NCBI GenBank assembly: GCA_050575255.1
Contig: JBNZDD010013730.1
Location: 9,456,381 to 9,520,380 of the forward strand
Reading direction: 5' to 3'
Source of the DNA: Harriotta raleighana
Taxonomy: Eukaryota
DNA: 64,000 nucleotides
Below are positions 34,989-49,862 of this stretch, in pieces (positions within the stretch are counted from its first letter, which is position 1; every line of letters begins with the position of its first letter). The notes under the pieces are model-generated. The model saw nothing but the letters and a program-made list of their open reading frames with translations, searched no databases and was not told the origin of the DNA. A program made the position numbers and the translations under genes.

Positions 34989-37900
34989 ATGTGTTTGAGA
35001 CATCTCAAAGCATGTTGTTAGGCAAAACACAGCAGCCAATGGTACAGTTTCCTGCTTGAAGGAGGCACATTTTGAGGTACCCTTAATACCCTTGTTTCAA
35101 ATAAGGTAATTACTCTTTAGTTCAATATGGAAATCTAAATCTCAGAGGACCGAACTGAAGTTCAAATTCTTTTTTTTTTTTAAATGAGGGTAAGATTTCT
35201 TATAAATCAATTGAACAATGCAAATAATACTCTCTGGTTCTCAATACTATTCTCAAGGAATGATCCAAAAACCAACCTGTCATGTATTTAGGTTGCCAGG
35301 ACTGTGGTTTCTTTTTTACTTTACACACATGGGTTCTTGGGCATTTATGATTTACACTCCTGCTGATAAACTGCTCTGCTTTATAGTGACTCAGTTTCCC
35401 AGCAGGATGGAGAAAGTCGGGGAGCATGATTGCTGCTCTGACCGTCAATAACATGGGTAAATTCCCTCCATAAACATCTTTTCAAAACTTTTGCACTTTT
35501 CTGGAATTTAAGTAGTTCAGGGCACCAGCTTGATAAATGATCTTAAATGCACTTTGTTTTTTAGAATGAAAAGAGCAGGTGGCAGACAAGGCAAAAGTAT
35601 CATTCAAACAATGCTCAGGTCTTTTGGACAATCATAGAATGAAGGTTCCTGCTATCAAAGTTTCCCGGGGTGGGATGAAGCCTCAACTGTTCCCCAAGAT
35701 TTTTCCACACCCACCAAGAAACCACAATTCTAAGCTCATGCCAAATCCCCAGTGGTTTACAGTGCCAACTGGGAACAGTAACATGCATTTATCCCACCCA
35801 CTCCACTTTCAATAAAATGAAACCCTTTATGGTGCCTTTGATGCTGGTATATGCACAAATCTAGCCATGCAAGATCTGAGCTGCAGGATGAAGAAACACT
35901 ACATCACCAGTGGGTTCTGTGTCGGAACAAAATTTGGAATGCCAGAACAGTGCAAATTGGACAGCAATTACCTTCTGTAGTCAGGCGTGCGGTATAGGAA
36001 TGTGCATATGCACAACAACAACAAAAAGGGATGAGCAGCAGTGCTCTGCAGGGAGCAAGAAATGCAAATGGAGTCACAGCTGAATTCCGAGTTTTAAGCA
36101 CAGTTTCAAATTCTGATGTGGATAATTTGGCACTGCACAAATATTGTATAGGGAAGCGTCAATTCTCCCAGCAGTTACAGTACAGATAGCTTAAAGCCAC
36201 CTTTGGAGCTGGGTTCAACTTCAGTGGGCTTGTTTAATTACATACCTACCACAGAAATAATTCATTGGCTCTATATGGCATCTTATCTGATTGCATTTTA
36301 TATCATGTATAGGGTTGAAAATAATGGAGATAATATGATGAGAAGAGAAACGACTTTCAACCCATCTAAATTAATCGAATGATAAATTTGAAATATGCAT
36401 CAGTGTTGTTTGAAAATTATCAGTATTGATCTACTTAAATGATACTCAAATCTTCTGAATGAAGAGTTTTTTTTCAGAGGAGGGGTCGGAATTTATGCTT
36501 ATAATGGTAAAACAGTGCAAGAGACTTTAATTCATTTCTCTCTTTGGAATTAATGTCAGGATCATACACTCGTACAAGGACAAGGTTAGGTACAAGGCGA
36601 CTCTCCCTCTACTATGTCCTAATAATAGGCTGTAATTCAAGGAAAGTACCCTCTACAGCATCAGCAGGACATTCTCTCTCTTCACAATAATCACCCTAAT
36701 GGCTTCTCAGAGTGAGATTGTCCAATTAACTGCAAGTGAACACAGGATGGAAAATTACACTTACGGCATTGATTCTTGTTAACTGAATGTTGTTCTCTGT
36801 GAGTGCTTGTCAAGCGCATGTCACATTTCTCAACATTTGTGGCTCAAATTCGAATTCAGCCACATTCACCATCAAATCCTGAATGGCGTGTCTGCATAAT
36901 ATATATATATATATATATTTTAAACTTCTACCAACCTGCAGCAAATCAAAACTGGTAGGACAGTGGTGTCTCATTATAACCTTCCCTGATATACCACAGC
37001 TCTGCAGCACACATTGTGTAGAAAGGTCTTATTAATAGAGAAATCATACCAAACACAGTAAAACTTCATTCACTGGAAAACATTTTAAGTTTGATTCTCA
37101 GAAACCTTGTAACAAAGGTTCTGCCGCATATGAAGCAATAGACATTTGAAAATTTGATATAATTACCACAGGGCTGACATTTTGTTGCAGGCTATACTGA
37201 ATGTTCACCTAAAAATAGTCACTACATTTCACAGTGAATCCTGTGAAACTCTTTGAGACATTTCCATGTCATGATAAGGTGCGATATCAAATGCCAGAAT
37301 TATCATTATTGCAGTACGAACACACAATAAGTGACTGCTCCTCAAACAGGTTCTTGTGAAAAACAGTTTCTTTGAGAATTGCAATAACCACATCATTGTA
37401 TTATGCAGTCTAACTGACATTTGTCTTCAAAGATAGCTGATGAGATTGCTATTATTCATACCACACACTATTACCTTTCTCTTTCATTGAAAGTTACTAA
37501 ATTTCTACCCCCAGTTTTGTCCACACACAAACGACCTGTTCGTCTTCGCATGATCTCCAAGGTGGGAGCACAAGATAAGTCAGGGCTTCAAACCTTTTCC
37601 TGATCGCTTTCAATTCTACTTCATGGTCGACTGACAGGGGTTCATGGAGAGCAAGGTAGATCAATTGGAGCAGCTCTTTCCTCTCTCCTGCCAAGCTGCA
37701 ACATCACACCACCAAGAGGTGCCCATCGATCAGTTTGAAATAACAAGCCATCAGAGCTCCCTCCCAGCTGTAGCAAGCAGACTTGAGTGATACAGCAGCC
37801 TTAACAATTCAAATTCATGTGTGGGAGGCAGCTACTCTGCTGTTAACTGAGAGACTTCTTCACATTTTAGTATTAAACTGTTTTTTTATTCTTTGCGATT

Positions 37901-40456
37901 AATTTTGGGAATGCCAAATGATTTACCAAGAGTAGGCTATTTAAGCTATTTCAACCTCATTCATATAAAGTGAGGGGAAAATAAAAAACCTCCACAAAGG
38001 TTGAATGCCTTCCATTTTCCCCCACTGCTTCGAAGAGCAACAATGGAAATAATTCTCACGGAGAGCAACATACTGGCACCTTAGATGAAGAGAGTTTCAT
38101 CACACATTTCAGGTAATGAAAAACAAGCTAAAATTAATGGCAGCACAGTGAGGTCCATTGTTAAGTTAATGATGTCATATTTACATATATATGTGTATAT
38201 ATATATATATATATAGCTACAGTTGTTAAACAAACAGAATGGTACCATTCATGAATTATAAATAAATTAAAATGTCTCCCAATTGGAATGATATGCAATT
38301 TAAACTTTTGTTTCCATTTGAATTCCTCTGTTTTCTAAATTTCATCCACATGAGCTTTTGAACCATATGAGCACTGCAGCTTTTATCAGGCTAAATACAC
38401 ACATAGCTACACAGAGGAATCATGGCATTCCTTGCAGACCTCTCTAATTAAAGAGTGTTGGTCACTGCAGGAGCACAGAGCAATGAGGTGAACACAGACT
38501 GCAGGACCACGTTTAAAGAAACCCTGGTTGACGAATTGTTCAATTTAACTAATTGGATTGGCTTTGCTGAGACTAGCTGGCAGCCTTCACTTCATTAATG
38601 AAAGTCTGGAGCCTAAGTCTCTCAACAGTTTAAGTCAGTCCTGCACAAAGGGAAACATATTCTGAAAAAGTAAAGGCGCATATCAATAGCTTACATATTT
38701 TTTAAAATCTACTAAATATTGTCCTCATTAAGTTGAGAAGTAAACACACTAAGGAACAAAGCAGGTTTTCTGCTTCAATTCCTAGTGTTGACATTAACTC
38801 ATGTCACCTAGAAGTCTCAAAAGCAGCCACTTCATCCCATCAGTCCAGCCTTCATTCAAGAGATACTTCAACACATTGTACAGTAGCAACCAATAGCTCA
38901 TATGGATGTCACGTTTGCTCTGAATTTGTTCAGTATTGTTTCTTAAACCTTAACATAAAAATTGTCCATTTATTTTATTTAAACTCCCAATATTGTTGAC
39001 ACATAGATTAGAAAAATGTATTCAGTGGAACAAAAGAGCCCAGATTATGAGTAAAGTCATATAAAACACCATCAATCCCAAAACATCAGCACTTAGTTAT
39101 TCAGACTCCCTCTGTTTTCAGAGGTGTTTACAAATACCAGAACAATTTTTCTACATTTTTAAAAAAGTATCACCTCTGTATCCTTAACCACAACTGTACT
39201 CTATTGGGAACTCACTATCAGAAATCTCACAAGAAATCAGGGGAAAGTTACAATCAACTCAGAGTCTCAGAATTGCATTCTGTGCAGTGGATGGACCAAA
39301 CCATGTATGGATTCCTGATTTGGCTGTGTGAACCCGGCATGGCCGAAGCTTCTTCTGTGACTTCTGATACACTTGATGTGGTTTGGGATTTTTTTTGTTT
39401 TGTACATTGGACGTCCTCCTGACGTGAAAGACGCTATACAAATGTCATTTGTTGTTGTTGGCGGCGATGGCCCACATCAGGAACACATTATGGTGAACTC
39501 AAAACACAGGAGCAGATCACAAGAGGGTGAATTTGGCCCATCAATTTCAAATTCAATCTGATGTTTGGTTTATGGATGAGACGTGGCACTTTGCTTTGAC
39601 TTATTGTGCAGAAAAAGCCATTTCACTTTTGTTAATACGATGACAAAAATAATTATCATCTCTACCGCTCTTTCATCGACAAATCCCTCTGTTCCTAAAA
39701 TGGAATTAAAAATAGTCTTCCTTGTGCTTCTTAATAACATGAATAACAGGGTAGAGCAAAAGTCTTTGTCTTTGTACAAGAATAAGGTGGAATGAGCTCG
39801 TCAACCTTTTATTCCCTTTGAAATAATACAGGAAATCAACAAACAATGTGCTGGACCTTCTAACAAGCAATATTAATAATGAGCTTTGTTATAACCACTG
39901 TTTATTCTTGTGAAGTAAAAGTAATTGGCTTTAGTTCTTGTTTTCTTTCATTATTAATTATTGTGTCTATTGATCTTAGCTTGCATAGTGTACAACGAGG
40001 CTATTCCCAGATTGTAAATTTTGCAAATTTTCAGGGGGGCGGGGGGGGGGGGTGAGAGAAACAACAAAAGGTTTTGAATAACAAAAGATTTCCAATTCAG
40101 TTCAACGCTCATTGCGTGCACTCTTGATTGCTAAATTTAAACTGATTCCTTGTATCACAAAGGGCAGTTCTTTAAGAGATGTCAGGAAGGATTTAACAGA
40201 ATTCAATCTTTGAAAGATGTTGGAGGTTCCACCACCGAAATTCTGTTGTTGAATATTCAGGTGGAGCTTTTTAAATACATTGTTAAAAAAAAATTGGGGG
40301 GGGGAGGGGGAGAGGGGGAAACATATTAAAACCCTGTCATTAAAGCAGCAGAAGCCAGGAAGCGTAACATTAACACGAATACAGATTACTCTCCACCTCG
40401 CTGAGATTTCTGAGCATTTTAAGTCTAAAACTGGCAGCAATGTTTTATTGTGTCCT

Positions 40457-40475
40457 TGGACACTAGATGGCAGAG
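40457..40475 (+). promoter_or_regulatory. CTCF-like motif
   Basis: TGGACACTAGATGGCAGAG fits the CTCF core CCACYAGRKGGCR with one mismatch; it lies in a repeat-free block. Confidence 0.45.
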
Positions 40476-41485
40476 TCTTTCCACCAGCTACTGTAGTCAA
40501 GGTGTTTTTTTCTAACTGCCTGTGCCTAAGATAGATCAAATCTAAGTTACACACTGTGCTACCACCTCCATCCCACTCGTCCACAGCTCTCTATGTGCCA
40601 ATTCCTGTGAAATTGGGGGGTTTAAACCTGCTGTGGAGCTCTTGTCTCTGGGGGGGTTGTGGCAGTGAGCTGCAAAGCTCCTCTGAAAATAAAAACAATT
40701 GACTGAGAATTTCCCTTTCCTCGTCTTGATATGGTAGTCGTTTTGTGTGACTTGAACTCCCTGGGATGGTGTCACTCAACACTAAAGCGACCTACCCACC
40801 CACCCACGTTAATGCATGCAGAGAGCACAGAGATTGAACGAACACCTAGTGCCCACCTACACAAAGCTCCTGTATAAAATCCTTGCCATGAGAGACCTGT
40901 CTAACATCATGGCTTCTCAATTTCCCTTATTGATAAGCTTCTAGGCATCCTCCACTTAATCCTGTGCTTTAAGAGTGTGATTGGCATCAATGTAATTTGA
41001 GTTTGGGGGAACAATTCCCTTTTCTATATTATTATGCATCTACACCTCCCATCCTCCTGATTTCTATTCCCCTCCCACTATCAACTCTTCATGTGTTTTG
41101 ACTTCCTGTCCCTAGTGAGATTTCCACACTCTAGCTTTCCTTCTCCAACTCCCTCCCCCCCCCATCTCTCCATTTCTCTGGTGTTCTTTCTTCCTTTCCC
41201 CAGTGATATAATACTCCTGTAATGAACCCACAAGTTGTAATTTCAAACTGAGTAAAACCGAGAAAGAGATCAAATTGCTGGGACGCCTCTTGTGTTGGTA
41301 AAGTTACTCCCCCAACTTGACTCAAATTCAATTAGAGAAAAGAGTTTCTTTCCAGCAAAGGAAAAAAATCTGGTGTAAATCAAACTTTTATTAAATTAAA
41401 CCCATATTTGTTAACAATTTCCTTTTCCAAATATGATAGTAATAACAATAAAGACTGAGATAATAAAATCACCAGTAAAAAAAAA

Positions 41486-41757
41486 CAGCTCTTCAGGGGA
41501 GTGGAGTAGTGTGGAAATGAACTGGACATGGTGGGATATAANACAGCTCTTCAGGGGAGTGGTGTGGAAATGAACTGGACATGGTGGGATATAATTTACA
41601 AAGGCACAAGAGGGAAACAAAAAAGGCATTCTTTTTGTATGAAAAGANCAGCTCTTCAGGGGAGTGGAGTAGTGTGGAAATGAACTGGACATGGTGGGAT
41701 ATAATTTACAAAGGCACAAGAGGGAAACAAAAAAGGCATTCTTTTTGTATGAAAAGA
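41486..41757. repeat. Three N-separated tandem copies (probable assembly artefact of a heterozygous 5-bp indel)
   Basis: cagctcttcaggggagtgg[agtag]tgtggaaatgaactggacatggtgggatataa occurs three times, separated by single n at 41542 and 41648; copy 2 lacks agtag. Confidence 0.85.
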
Positions 41758-42021
41758 AGAAATCTCCACAATTGTCAAAAGATACACATGATTGGGCGGA
41801 GAATTACTATAGTAGTAAACCATTTTATTCAACATAAGAAGGTTTTGAATAACAACACCTACAAGATTTGCACATTATCTGTGGCAGGGGTATTCTGTGG
41901 TTTTATTCCTGAACACAGGTTTTGTTTTGCATTGAGCAGTCAATCCCGAGTTTACCATCTCAGTGTTCGCATAAAGCCAAGTGGCCTTTCCCCTGCAATC
42001 GCACCACAGTCAGAGGCAACG

Positions 42022-42546
42022 AGGTTGCATTTGACACATCACCTCATCATGTCTTTGAGATGTCTCAAAGCGCTTCACAGAATGTACAGTAAAGTGAATT
42101 GACTGTTTATTTTGTGGGTGATACGTGGCAGCCAATTGCACTCAGCTGTGTCCCACAAATACTGCAGCATAGCTTCACAGGATGTACTGTAAAGTGTGGT
42201 GACTGTATATTTTGCCGGCAAATGCCTGGATGGATGAATGATAAGTGCTCCGAGATGCCATCTTGTGTGAAGAGCACTATATAAATGCAAGTTGTTTTTG
42301 ATCAAAATCATTCTTTCGCACAGTGATGGATTGATTGCCCCAAACTGTTATTATTTTATTTATTTTTAAGGGATTATTACCCCCAGAAAAGCGTTTTTTT
42401 CAATCTTCTAACAACCGGGTGCCTATTAACTGTTAGGTAAACAGAGGGGTGTGGAGTGAGGAAACTTGCCCAACATTTTGCCCTGCCTAGGAATCAAACC
42501 AGGTTTCTCAATTGTGTGGCGAGTGCTCCAACCAATGAGCTACAGA
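42022..42546 (-). mobile_element. SINE copy, long-CORE variant, with an internal insertion (~42160-42320)
   Basis: Tail ttgcatttgacacatc..., head ...gagtgctccaaccaatgagctacag, and an extra segment at ~42380-42448. Confidence 0.82.
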
Positions 42547-44569
42547 GATAAGAAAATAACATCACTATAGTTCAGAAAAATATGTAGTTATAACCGTACA
42601 CATTTTATAAATGTATTGATAATTTTTACCCCTTTTCCATTTTCGAAGTTGCCAAAACCTACACTTTCTATTTCTCCAAAAGCAGCTATCTTTCTTACAC
42701 TACTTTTTGCAGAAAAATCGCAAGATTTTTACCTTTCATTATATTCACCTTCTGCATTGGCTGTATTATTTATCACAGTTATTCTGTGTTTGATTGTTAT
42801 TGATCAATATCTGATAGATTATAGACTTTTCAATTAAGTGTGTTCGGTTTATGATCAAATGTTTTGATGTAGCTAACTGTATAAAATAATATACAGGTAC
42901 AATATTTTGGTGTTGGTATGTATGCTTAAAAAAATCTATAAACATTAAAACGCATAAAAGTTAAGGAATACCCAAATGGAATACCCCAAATCTCACCAGT
43001 GCTGCTGAATTGTTAGTCTCATGGGTTACATGTGAGGAAGGATTAAGTAACTTCCATTTCAATGACCCACAAAGTTAGATATTTGGGGCAACACACTTTT
43101 TAAATGATCAGACTTCCATCGCGAGGAAAGATTCTACAATATTTTAGCTACTTGAAAGCACCAGGGTGCAATGTTTTAAGACTCAAGACAAGGATTATTC
43201 CTCTTCTGGGACAGAATTTCTGTCTCACATCAACTCAGTCAGCGTGATAGGCTTTAAATTTATACAAACAACCTTTGGGAATCAGAAATGTAACAAAGTA
43301 GGATTTTGGAAGAACACATATGCTTGGTGAGTTCATTCAAATCGCAATTTAAAAACTGCAGAACATTTTGGCTTAAGAAAAGACAATTTATTTTAGATTT
43401 AAAAAATTGAAATAATTCCACTGCAAATCCCTTCATTTAAAGCGGATGCTGGTATCAAGCAGAGAGCAGAACTTTCCAGATTGATGCGTGGCTGCTTCCA
43501 CATTAATAAGCGCAGACTTTTCCCTGAAACAAGTTGACATCAAACACCGTGAGATATAAAAGGAGACGAGTTACTGAATCGCATTTCATTAAAATGACAC
43601 TCGTCAAATGCCAGAAATTACTCACAATTAGCACATGTCCATAATTCAGTGTATGCCTAAAGCATCAAATGCTCCTTTGCAGTGCTGCACTTAGTGAGGA
43701 AGGAACTCGTGCAAGGCATTCTAAGCAGCAGAATATCTTTATAATTTTGGTCTCTTTAGAAAGACTGTTGTCACCTCATTAGAGCCACAAATTAACATTC
43801 CTTCCACCTGGATCTCTGTGAGAGACACTTGTAGCCACAGAAAAGCCTTGGCTCTGGAATGTAACACCACCGAAAGCCTCCTATTTAAAACCGGGAGAAA
43901 GCACGGAATATGAAGCCTTTTATAAAAACCTGACATGTTCTGTCTATAAAATTATACGGTGAAGCAGAGACAGAAAGGCTAAAAATGAGCATTTTGTAAG
44001 GAAGTCATTATATTTTTCTGCTCCTACCATATTTTTTTCAATAAACATTTAAGTTAAGGTTATTATTCCGGTATAATCCAGTCACTGGGTAACATGATAA
44101 GAATTGAACAAAGCAGCTGGTAGTAGTCACAAATGAATGCTAAACGTCCAAAACAGGTATTATGACCAATCACTTTACTGCTTAACCTTAAAAAATTCTG
44201 CTCTTTGAGAACCACCTGCAATGTCCCACAGTTCAACCTGAATTGAATGTTTGAAATAATTATAATCCTTGCATTTGATATAGTTCTTCATCATGCCGTC
44301 GAAACATCTCAAAGCGCTTCGTAGAATTTTGTTGTAAAATATGCTCCTTATGTATTTGTAGATGGACACAGCTGTATCATAGCACTCTGCAATGTCCCAC
44401 AAACAGGCATGAAGTGAATGACATCAGGGTTTTTTAAGCATAATTACCAACTAAGTTTAATATTTCATACGATTTTGAATAAAACAGAATAATGGATTAG
44501 AACATGATTAACTAACCAATTAATGATAAGATAAAACTAAAGGAAGCCAAGTTTCTGCTTTATTTTGAA

Positions 44570-44965
44570 GTCACGATTGAAAAGGTGGGTCTTGAGACTG
44601 ACCTTGAAGGAGGCAAGGGAAGAAACGAGGCGAAGGGACTGTGGGATGGATTTCCATCGTGTGGAGGTAGAGAGGCTGAAAGCCCGGCCACCGATGGTAG
44701 GCCGGGTCGGGCAGGAGACTTGGAGCGGACTGGAACCCACAGAATGGAGGGGGCGGACAGGTTGATAGGGAGTCAGCAAGTTGAAGAGATACAACAACAT
44801 ACCACAAAATTACATTTATAGAGCACCTTTCACATCGGGAGGATGTGAGATAGGAAGGGAAAGGCCGTGAACGACCTTGAAAGTGGGGACAAGGAGCTTG
44901 AATTCGATTCTTTGGGGGATGGGGAGCCAGGTGAGGATGAGAGTGATGCAGTCGTGGAGCTTAGT
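44570..44965 (-). mobile_element. L2 3' fragment with a nested L2 tail (~44795-44848)
   Basis: LTWLPIPQRIEFKLLVPTFKVVHGL; PTIGGRAFSL; LASFKVSLKTHLF. Confidence 0.85.
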
Positions 44966-47369
44966 GCGAGAGAGGGATATATGGTCAAGGGGAGGATTAT
45001 TGAGTAGGAGGACAGGCGTCCTCCAATTCATTGAAATAATACTCTGGGACCTTGAACATCCACCCACTGGGCAGATGGGACTTTGGTTTAACATATCATC
45101 TCAAGGATGATACTGTATAGTACAACGGATTTTCACCTAATGCATCAAAGCATGAACACAGATTTTGAGATAAAATCCTGGGGCAATTTTACTGCTAGTT
45201 TTGACTAAAGGACAGCACAGCATGATCCTTCTCCCAATGAACTGAGGGTGAATCTACAGTATAACATCTGTGACCTGCCATGTTGAGTGCATGTGAATAT
45301 AAAGACATGGACAGAATTGGGTAAAATACCTGTGGTGTCACCTGATTATCACTTATGACCAGGCAACATGAAAACAACATTAATATATCCACAGTAAGAA
45401 CAATGTGTGCATTTCCACATCTGTACAGAAACAGCATTTCTCTACATGTGTGGCCAAGGAACCAGGGAAATATTTTTCACATTTTCACACTTCTGAGGAC
45501 ATAATTTTCAGCTGTAGGGTTGAGGCCACCTTCCCAGGTGTCCTACAATTACTATGACTAATGTAATATCACCCGTCAGCCTTCACCCCAACTGGCCAAG
45601 ACCTACAATAGATGGTGATGGAACTGCGGATGGGCTTCCTCCATTCAAAATACCACTTTACTGGATCAGGAAGCTCAAAACTGGTACAGTTATTTTATTT
45701 TGCAATTCACAGTAAATACATATGAATTTTCTATCAGTACAATAAATAAACAAACCTTTGGTTGATCATTTCTTATTTTGTTTTACATTGAGCCATAAAA
45801 CAAATACTATGACTGTGAAATATCAGAGGACATGAGGTGCTGGGGATTGAAAGGTCAGCCCCCCATATCCAGTCACTGGAATGACTGTCTTTTGGGATAA
45901 CACTGCCCATGTGTTGGCTAAAGAAATGGAAACCATACAATGTTTTAGTTCAATAATTGCAAGAATATTGCTCAAAAGGTATCTCACACAGATTTGCAGA
46001 ACATTTCATTTCAATGCAGAATTCAAATTTATATTTTTTAGGTCCGAAAGTATTTACGCAGAAACTTTCTTCTGAAGATTCAACAAATTGGTTGGAGGTC
46101 ATGAGTCTGTGGGTGGTCCATGGAGAAAGTGTGGGTTTTGCATTTGATATATGACTTGTCTTATGATTTGTCTTAAAACGCTTCACTGAATTTACTGTAA
46201 AGTGGATTGACTGTATATCTGGTGGGCGAAACGCAGGAGCCAATTTCTTTCAGTAGTGTCCCGCAAACAGTCATATAAATATAAATCTCACTTGTTAAAC
46301 TGACATCTTGCAGCATGATTTTTGTAACAAATCCCCCACAAGTGTTGCTTCAACCCATCGGGGCTGGTGAGGTGGTGGTAGAAGTTTAACTCAATTTGAA
46401 AGCCAAGCTGTGGTGTACCTCTCATGGTGTTTGAGCAAAAATCGCATTTTGTGTGCCTTGTCAGTTTGAGTCAGACACTCTCATTCAATACATCTAATTT
46501 CTGACCACCAAATAAGTATAACTAACATTCATCCACTATGGATCAATATGTTTCATACAGACATTTAAAAGAGGGAGAAAACAGACTAAGATATTCTATT
46601 AGCCAAAGTAACTTACATAAATCTTTATATTTAAGATATTTTACCCACACATATATATACTGTACCAGTAGTCAATTTACTTTACAGTACATTCTGTAGA
46701 GCGCATTGAGGCGTCTAGAAGATGTGAAAAGTGCTATATCAAATTCAAGGATTATTCTTATTATTATAAATTGCTCCGAAGAAAATCTAAAGAAAGGTGG
46801 CCGACATGATCCAACCTTACAACATAATCCACATAATATAAACGATATAAACTCGGGTTGCCAAAAATGCGACAAATGACAAATGGATTCAATCTTACTA
46901 CGAAGGCAAAGAACATCAACGGGCTGTTCAGATTAATCACAGTCTAACACAAACGTGATTAACACTAGCATTCCTCAAGGCAATATGTTGGGTTGTTTGC
47001 TATTCATCTGCTACCCAGCAAAACTCTGCATTGACAAATCTGCAATGCCCACGAGCAACGGTTTATGTGAGATCATGGCTGAAGTCTCTCAGTGATTAGA
47101 AGTGTGAACCGCCTGATACCAATGTACACATAAAACCAAAGCATTGCTAAATCCCATCAAACCACAACGAGGCCACAAGTGAATCAAAGTAACTGATGAA
47201 TTTGAACAAAGTTAGATTAGTTTGAATATACATTTTCTTTTAATAGTACATTTATATTGGTACACAGCTATCCTTAAGCGCTCTGAGATGCTAAGCTGCA
47301 TGATGGGCTCTGTCTAAATGCAGGCTATTGTTGTTAAGTCACTGGAGACACTGACACTATTTTCCCAAA

Positions 47370-48697
47370 GAAGCCATCCATCATCTCCTCTGTGCTCTCC
47401 CTCTTGCGCCCTCTATCTCCACATCAAACGCCACGTGTGAAGAGGTCCTAGACTTCTTTGCCTCAAAGATTGAAAATATTTGCTTGGCTACATCCCCTAC
47501 GTCCCCATCTACCCCCACCCTGACCCCCCACACTGCCTTCGCCCTCCCTCACTGCTCCTTCCTGATGTGAAAGGTGTTACACAAATGTAATTTGGTTGTT
47601 GTTTTGTTGCTGTTGCCACTCACCCATCTTTACACTCCTTTGCCCCCATTTCTCCCTCCTCCCTCTCAAGCATAATCACCTACATGAAGTTCACCACCTG
47701 CTGCCCCGACCCCCTGACCCACACATTTGCTGGTCACTCACTTCCCCCTCCTCTCCCCTCTGCTGGCTGACATGGTCTGTCTCCCCAGGTTTTGTCACAT
47801 CCGCACTGAAACCGCTGTTATCATACTCTCTTCAAAAAACCCACCCTCAATCTCTCTAATCTCTCATTCAATGGTTCCATTTCCAACCTACCATTGCTTG
47901 CAAAACACATTGTTGCAGCTCAATTTCAATTTCAGTGACACCTTTCTCTCCACTCCCTCCTCAAGCCCCTGCATCCTGATTTTCACTCTGGGCAATGTCA
48001 ACTGTAGACATGGGGTAAACGTCCACACAATTTTACTTTGACTCCTCTAGCATCTACTCCAGATTCTCCAATGTTCTGACAGCTTGTCTGGCATACATCA
48101 GGGCTTGGATGTGTGTACATTTCCTGCCCACATCAGGTCCCTAACTAGCACCGTCGTCCTCATTCTCTGCAACATTTCTCGCTTCTGACTGTACTTTTCC
48201 CCAAATACAGCCCAAACCCTCGTGCACGCATTTGTCATCTACCTCCTGGATTACGCAAAACAGACTCCTCGCTGTTCTCCCCATCTCCGGTATTCAAAAA
48301 TTCCAGCTCATCAGAACTCTGCCACTTGCACTCTTACCTGCACCGAACTCCGTACCCCGATCTCACCAGTTCTGGCCAAGCTCCAATGGCTATCCGTCAC
48401 TGAACTAATCAACTTCAATATCCTGACATTTCAAATTCCTTCACTCCCTGGCACCTCCCTACCTGTCCATGATCTCCTCACTCCACAATCCACAACTCGG
48501 TGCCATATTCAACTGGTACCGGGTTGCCCTTTCAACCACTACGCCACAAAACTGTGGACCACTCTCCCTCAAATTCTACGTCTTGCCCCCTCTCTCCCCA
48601 TTTTCAAGTCCCGGCTGAAAACCTCACCCATCTCCGGCTCAGAGTCAGGCTCCGCCACTGCGTGGAGGGCGCTCTATAAGTGCAAGTTGTTGTTGTA
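47370..48697 (+). mobile_element. Decayed, internally deleted L2 LINE
   Basis: CEEVLDFFASKIENI, HGVNVH, LVHAFVIYLLDY, PISPVLAKLQWLSV, FKSRLKT; tail gggcgctctataagtgcaa(gtt)n. Confidence 0.85.
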
Positions 48698-49679
48698 GAG
48701 ACTTACAATTAAGCCATTTTTATTCAAATGAAAGGGGGGCAGTCCTATCTTGGCATCTTAAACCTACCATAATAATTTGAATTATAGTAGTAACAATCCC
48801 TGCCTTTGATGCAGCACTGTTCATGTCATGAAGATGTCTCAAAGCACTTTACAAGGTTAACTGTGAAGTCTACGTCTGTGTGTTGCAGGAGATTTACCAC
48901 AAACTACCAAAACAATCAAACAAGTTCCCAGGTAGTTTATTTCACTTCCAGGCTTATAAACCATTAATAATAACAATAAAAATAATCGTTGCATTTGACA
49001 TCGCGCCTTATCACATCGTTGAGACATCTGAAAGCGCTTCACAGAGTTTACTGTAAAGTGAATCGACTGTTATAGTTTGTGGGTAAAATGTGATAGGAAT
49101 CAATATGAAAGCTATAATTTTATGCAAAAAAAATTGTGCTCTGTTTTGGAGGATTACCATTACATGCCGATCAAAGGCTCTGTAACTCAATCACCCGCAG
49201 CACAATGCATGAGCCTGGGAGCAATGTCTACTTGATAATTAAAAGGCATTTTAACAGGATGAGCCTTTAAGGCTGAAAGCTGGATTTCAAGTTGTAATTT
49301 CAAAATATTTGGATCTTCCATTTAAAATGTTAATAAAGTACAGCTACTTAGATATTATTGTTTGAGCTTATAAAATTATATTCATTTGAATAAATATATA
49401 TTTTCATTAAAAATGGAGAACAATTGGGGCTCCTCTCTCTTATGCAAACAAGTGAGTCAGACATCTGAGCATTGTATATTTAAGTGGGTGGAATAATACT
49501 TGAGCAATTACCAGAGGCTCAGTTTGGGTGCAATGTGTTAGGGACTATGATTTGGAGTTGTGATTCTGAGACCTTGGGCTATTCTTAATCTGCAATTTTG
49601 GTTGTACCAGTCAGCTCATGCTGGTGTGATGGGAGTGAAAAGGGCTGAAAAGGAAGGTAAAATGAGTAGCTTCAATCAG

Positions 49680-49862
49680 TTTTTTAAAACAAATTAACTC
49701 AACCTACAACTCTTTGTGGGACTGTGTTGTGCGCAATTGGGTGCTGCGTTTCACCCGCAAAATATACAGTCAATTCACTTTACAGTAAATTCTGTGAAAC
49801 TCTTTGAGATGTCTCAAAGATGTGATAAGACGATATATCAAATACAAGGATTATTATCATAA
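49680..49862 (+). mobile_element. SINE 3' half (similar tail fragments at ~28060-28200, 37205-37290, 44255-44430, 46135-46275, 46640-46770, 48965-49090, 59838-59915)
   Basis: tttgtgggactgtgttgtgcgcaattgg ... caattcactttacagt ... aaatacaaggattatt. Confidence 0.85.

Noticed and set aside
41486-41757. Tandem array of three near-identical units, superficially CRISPR-like or minisatellite-like
   Set aside because: The units are separated by single n characters, have no unique spacers and differ only by a 5-bp indel; this is typical of two alleles or overlapping contig ends laid in tandem by the assembler.
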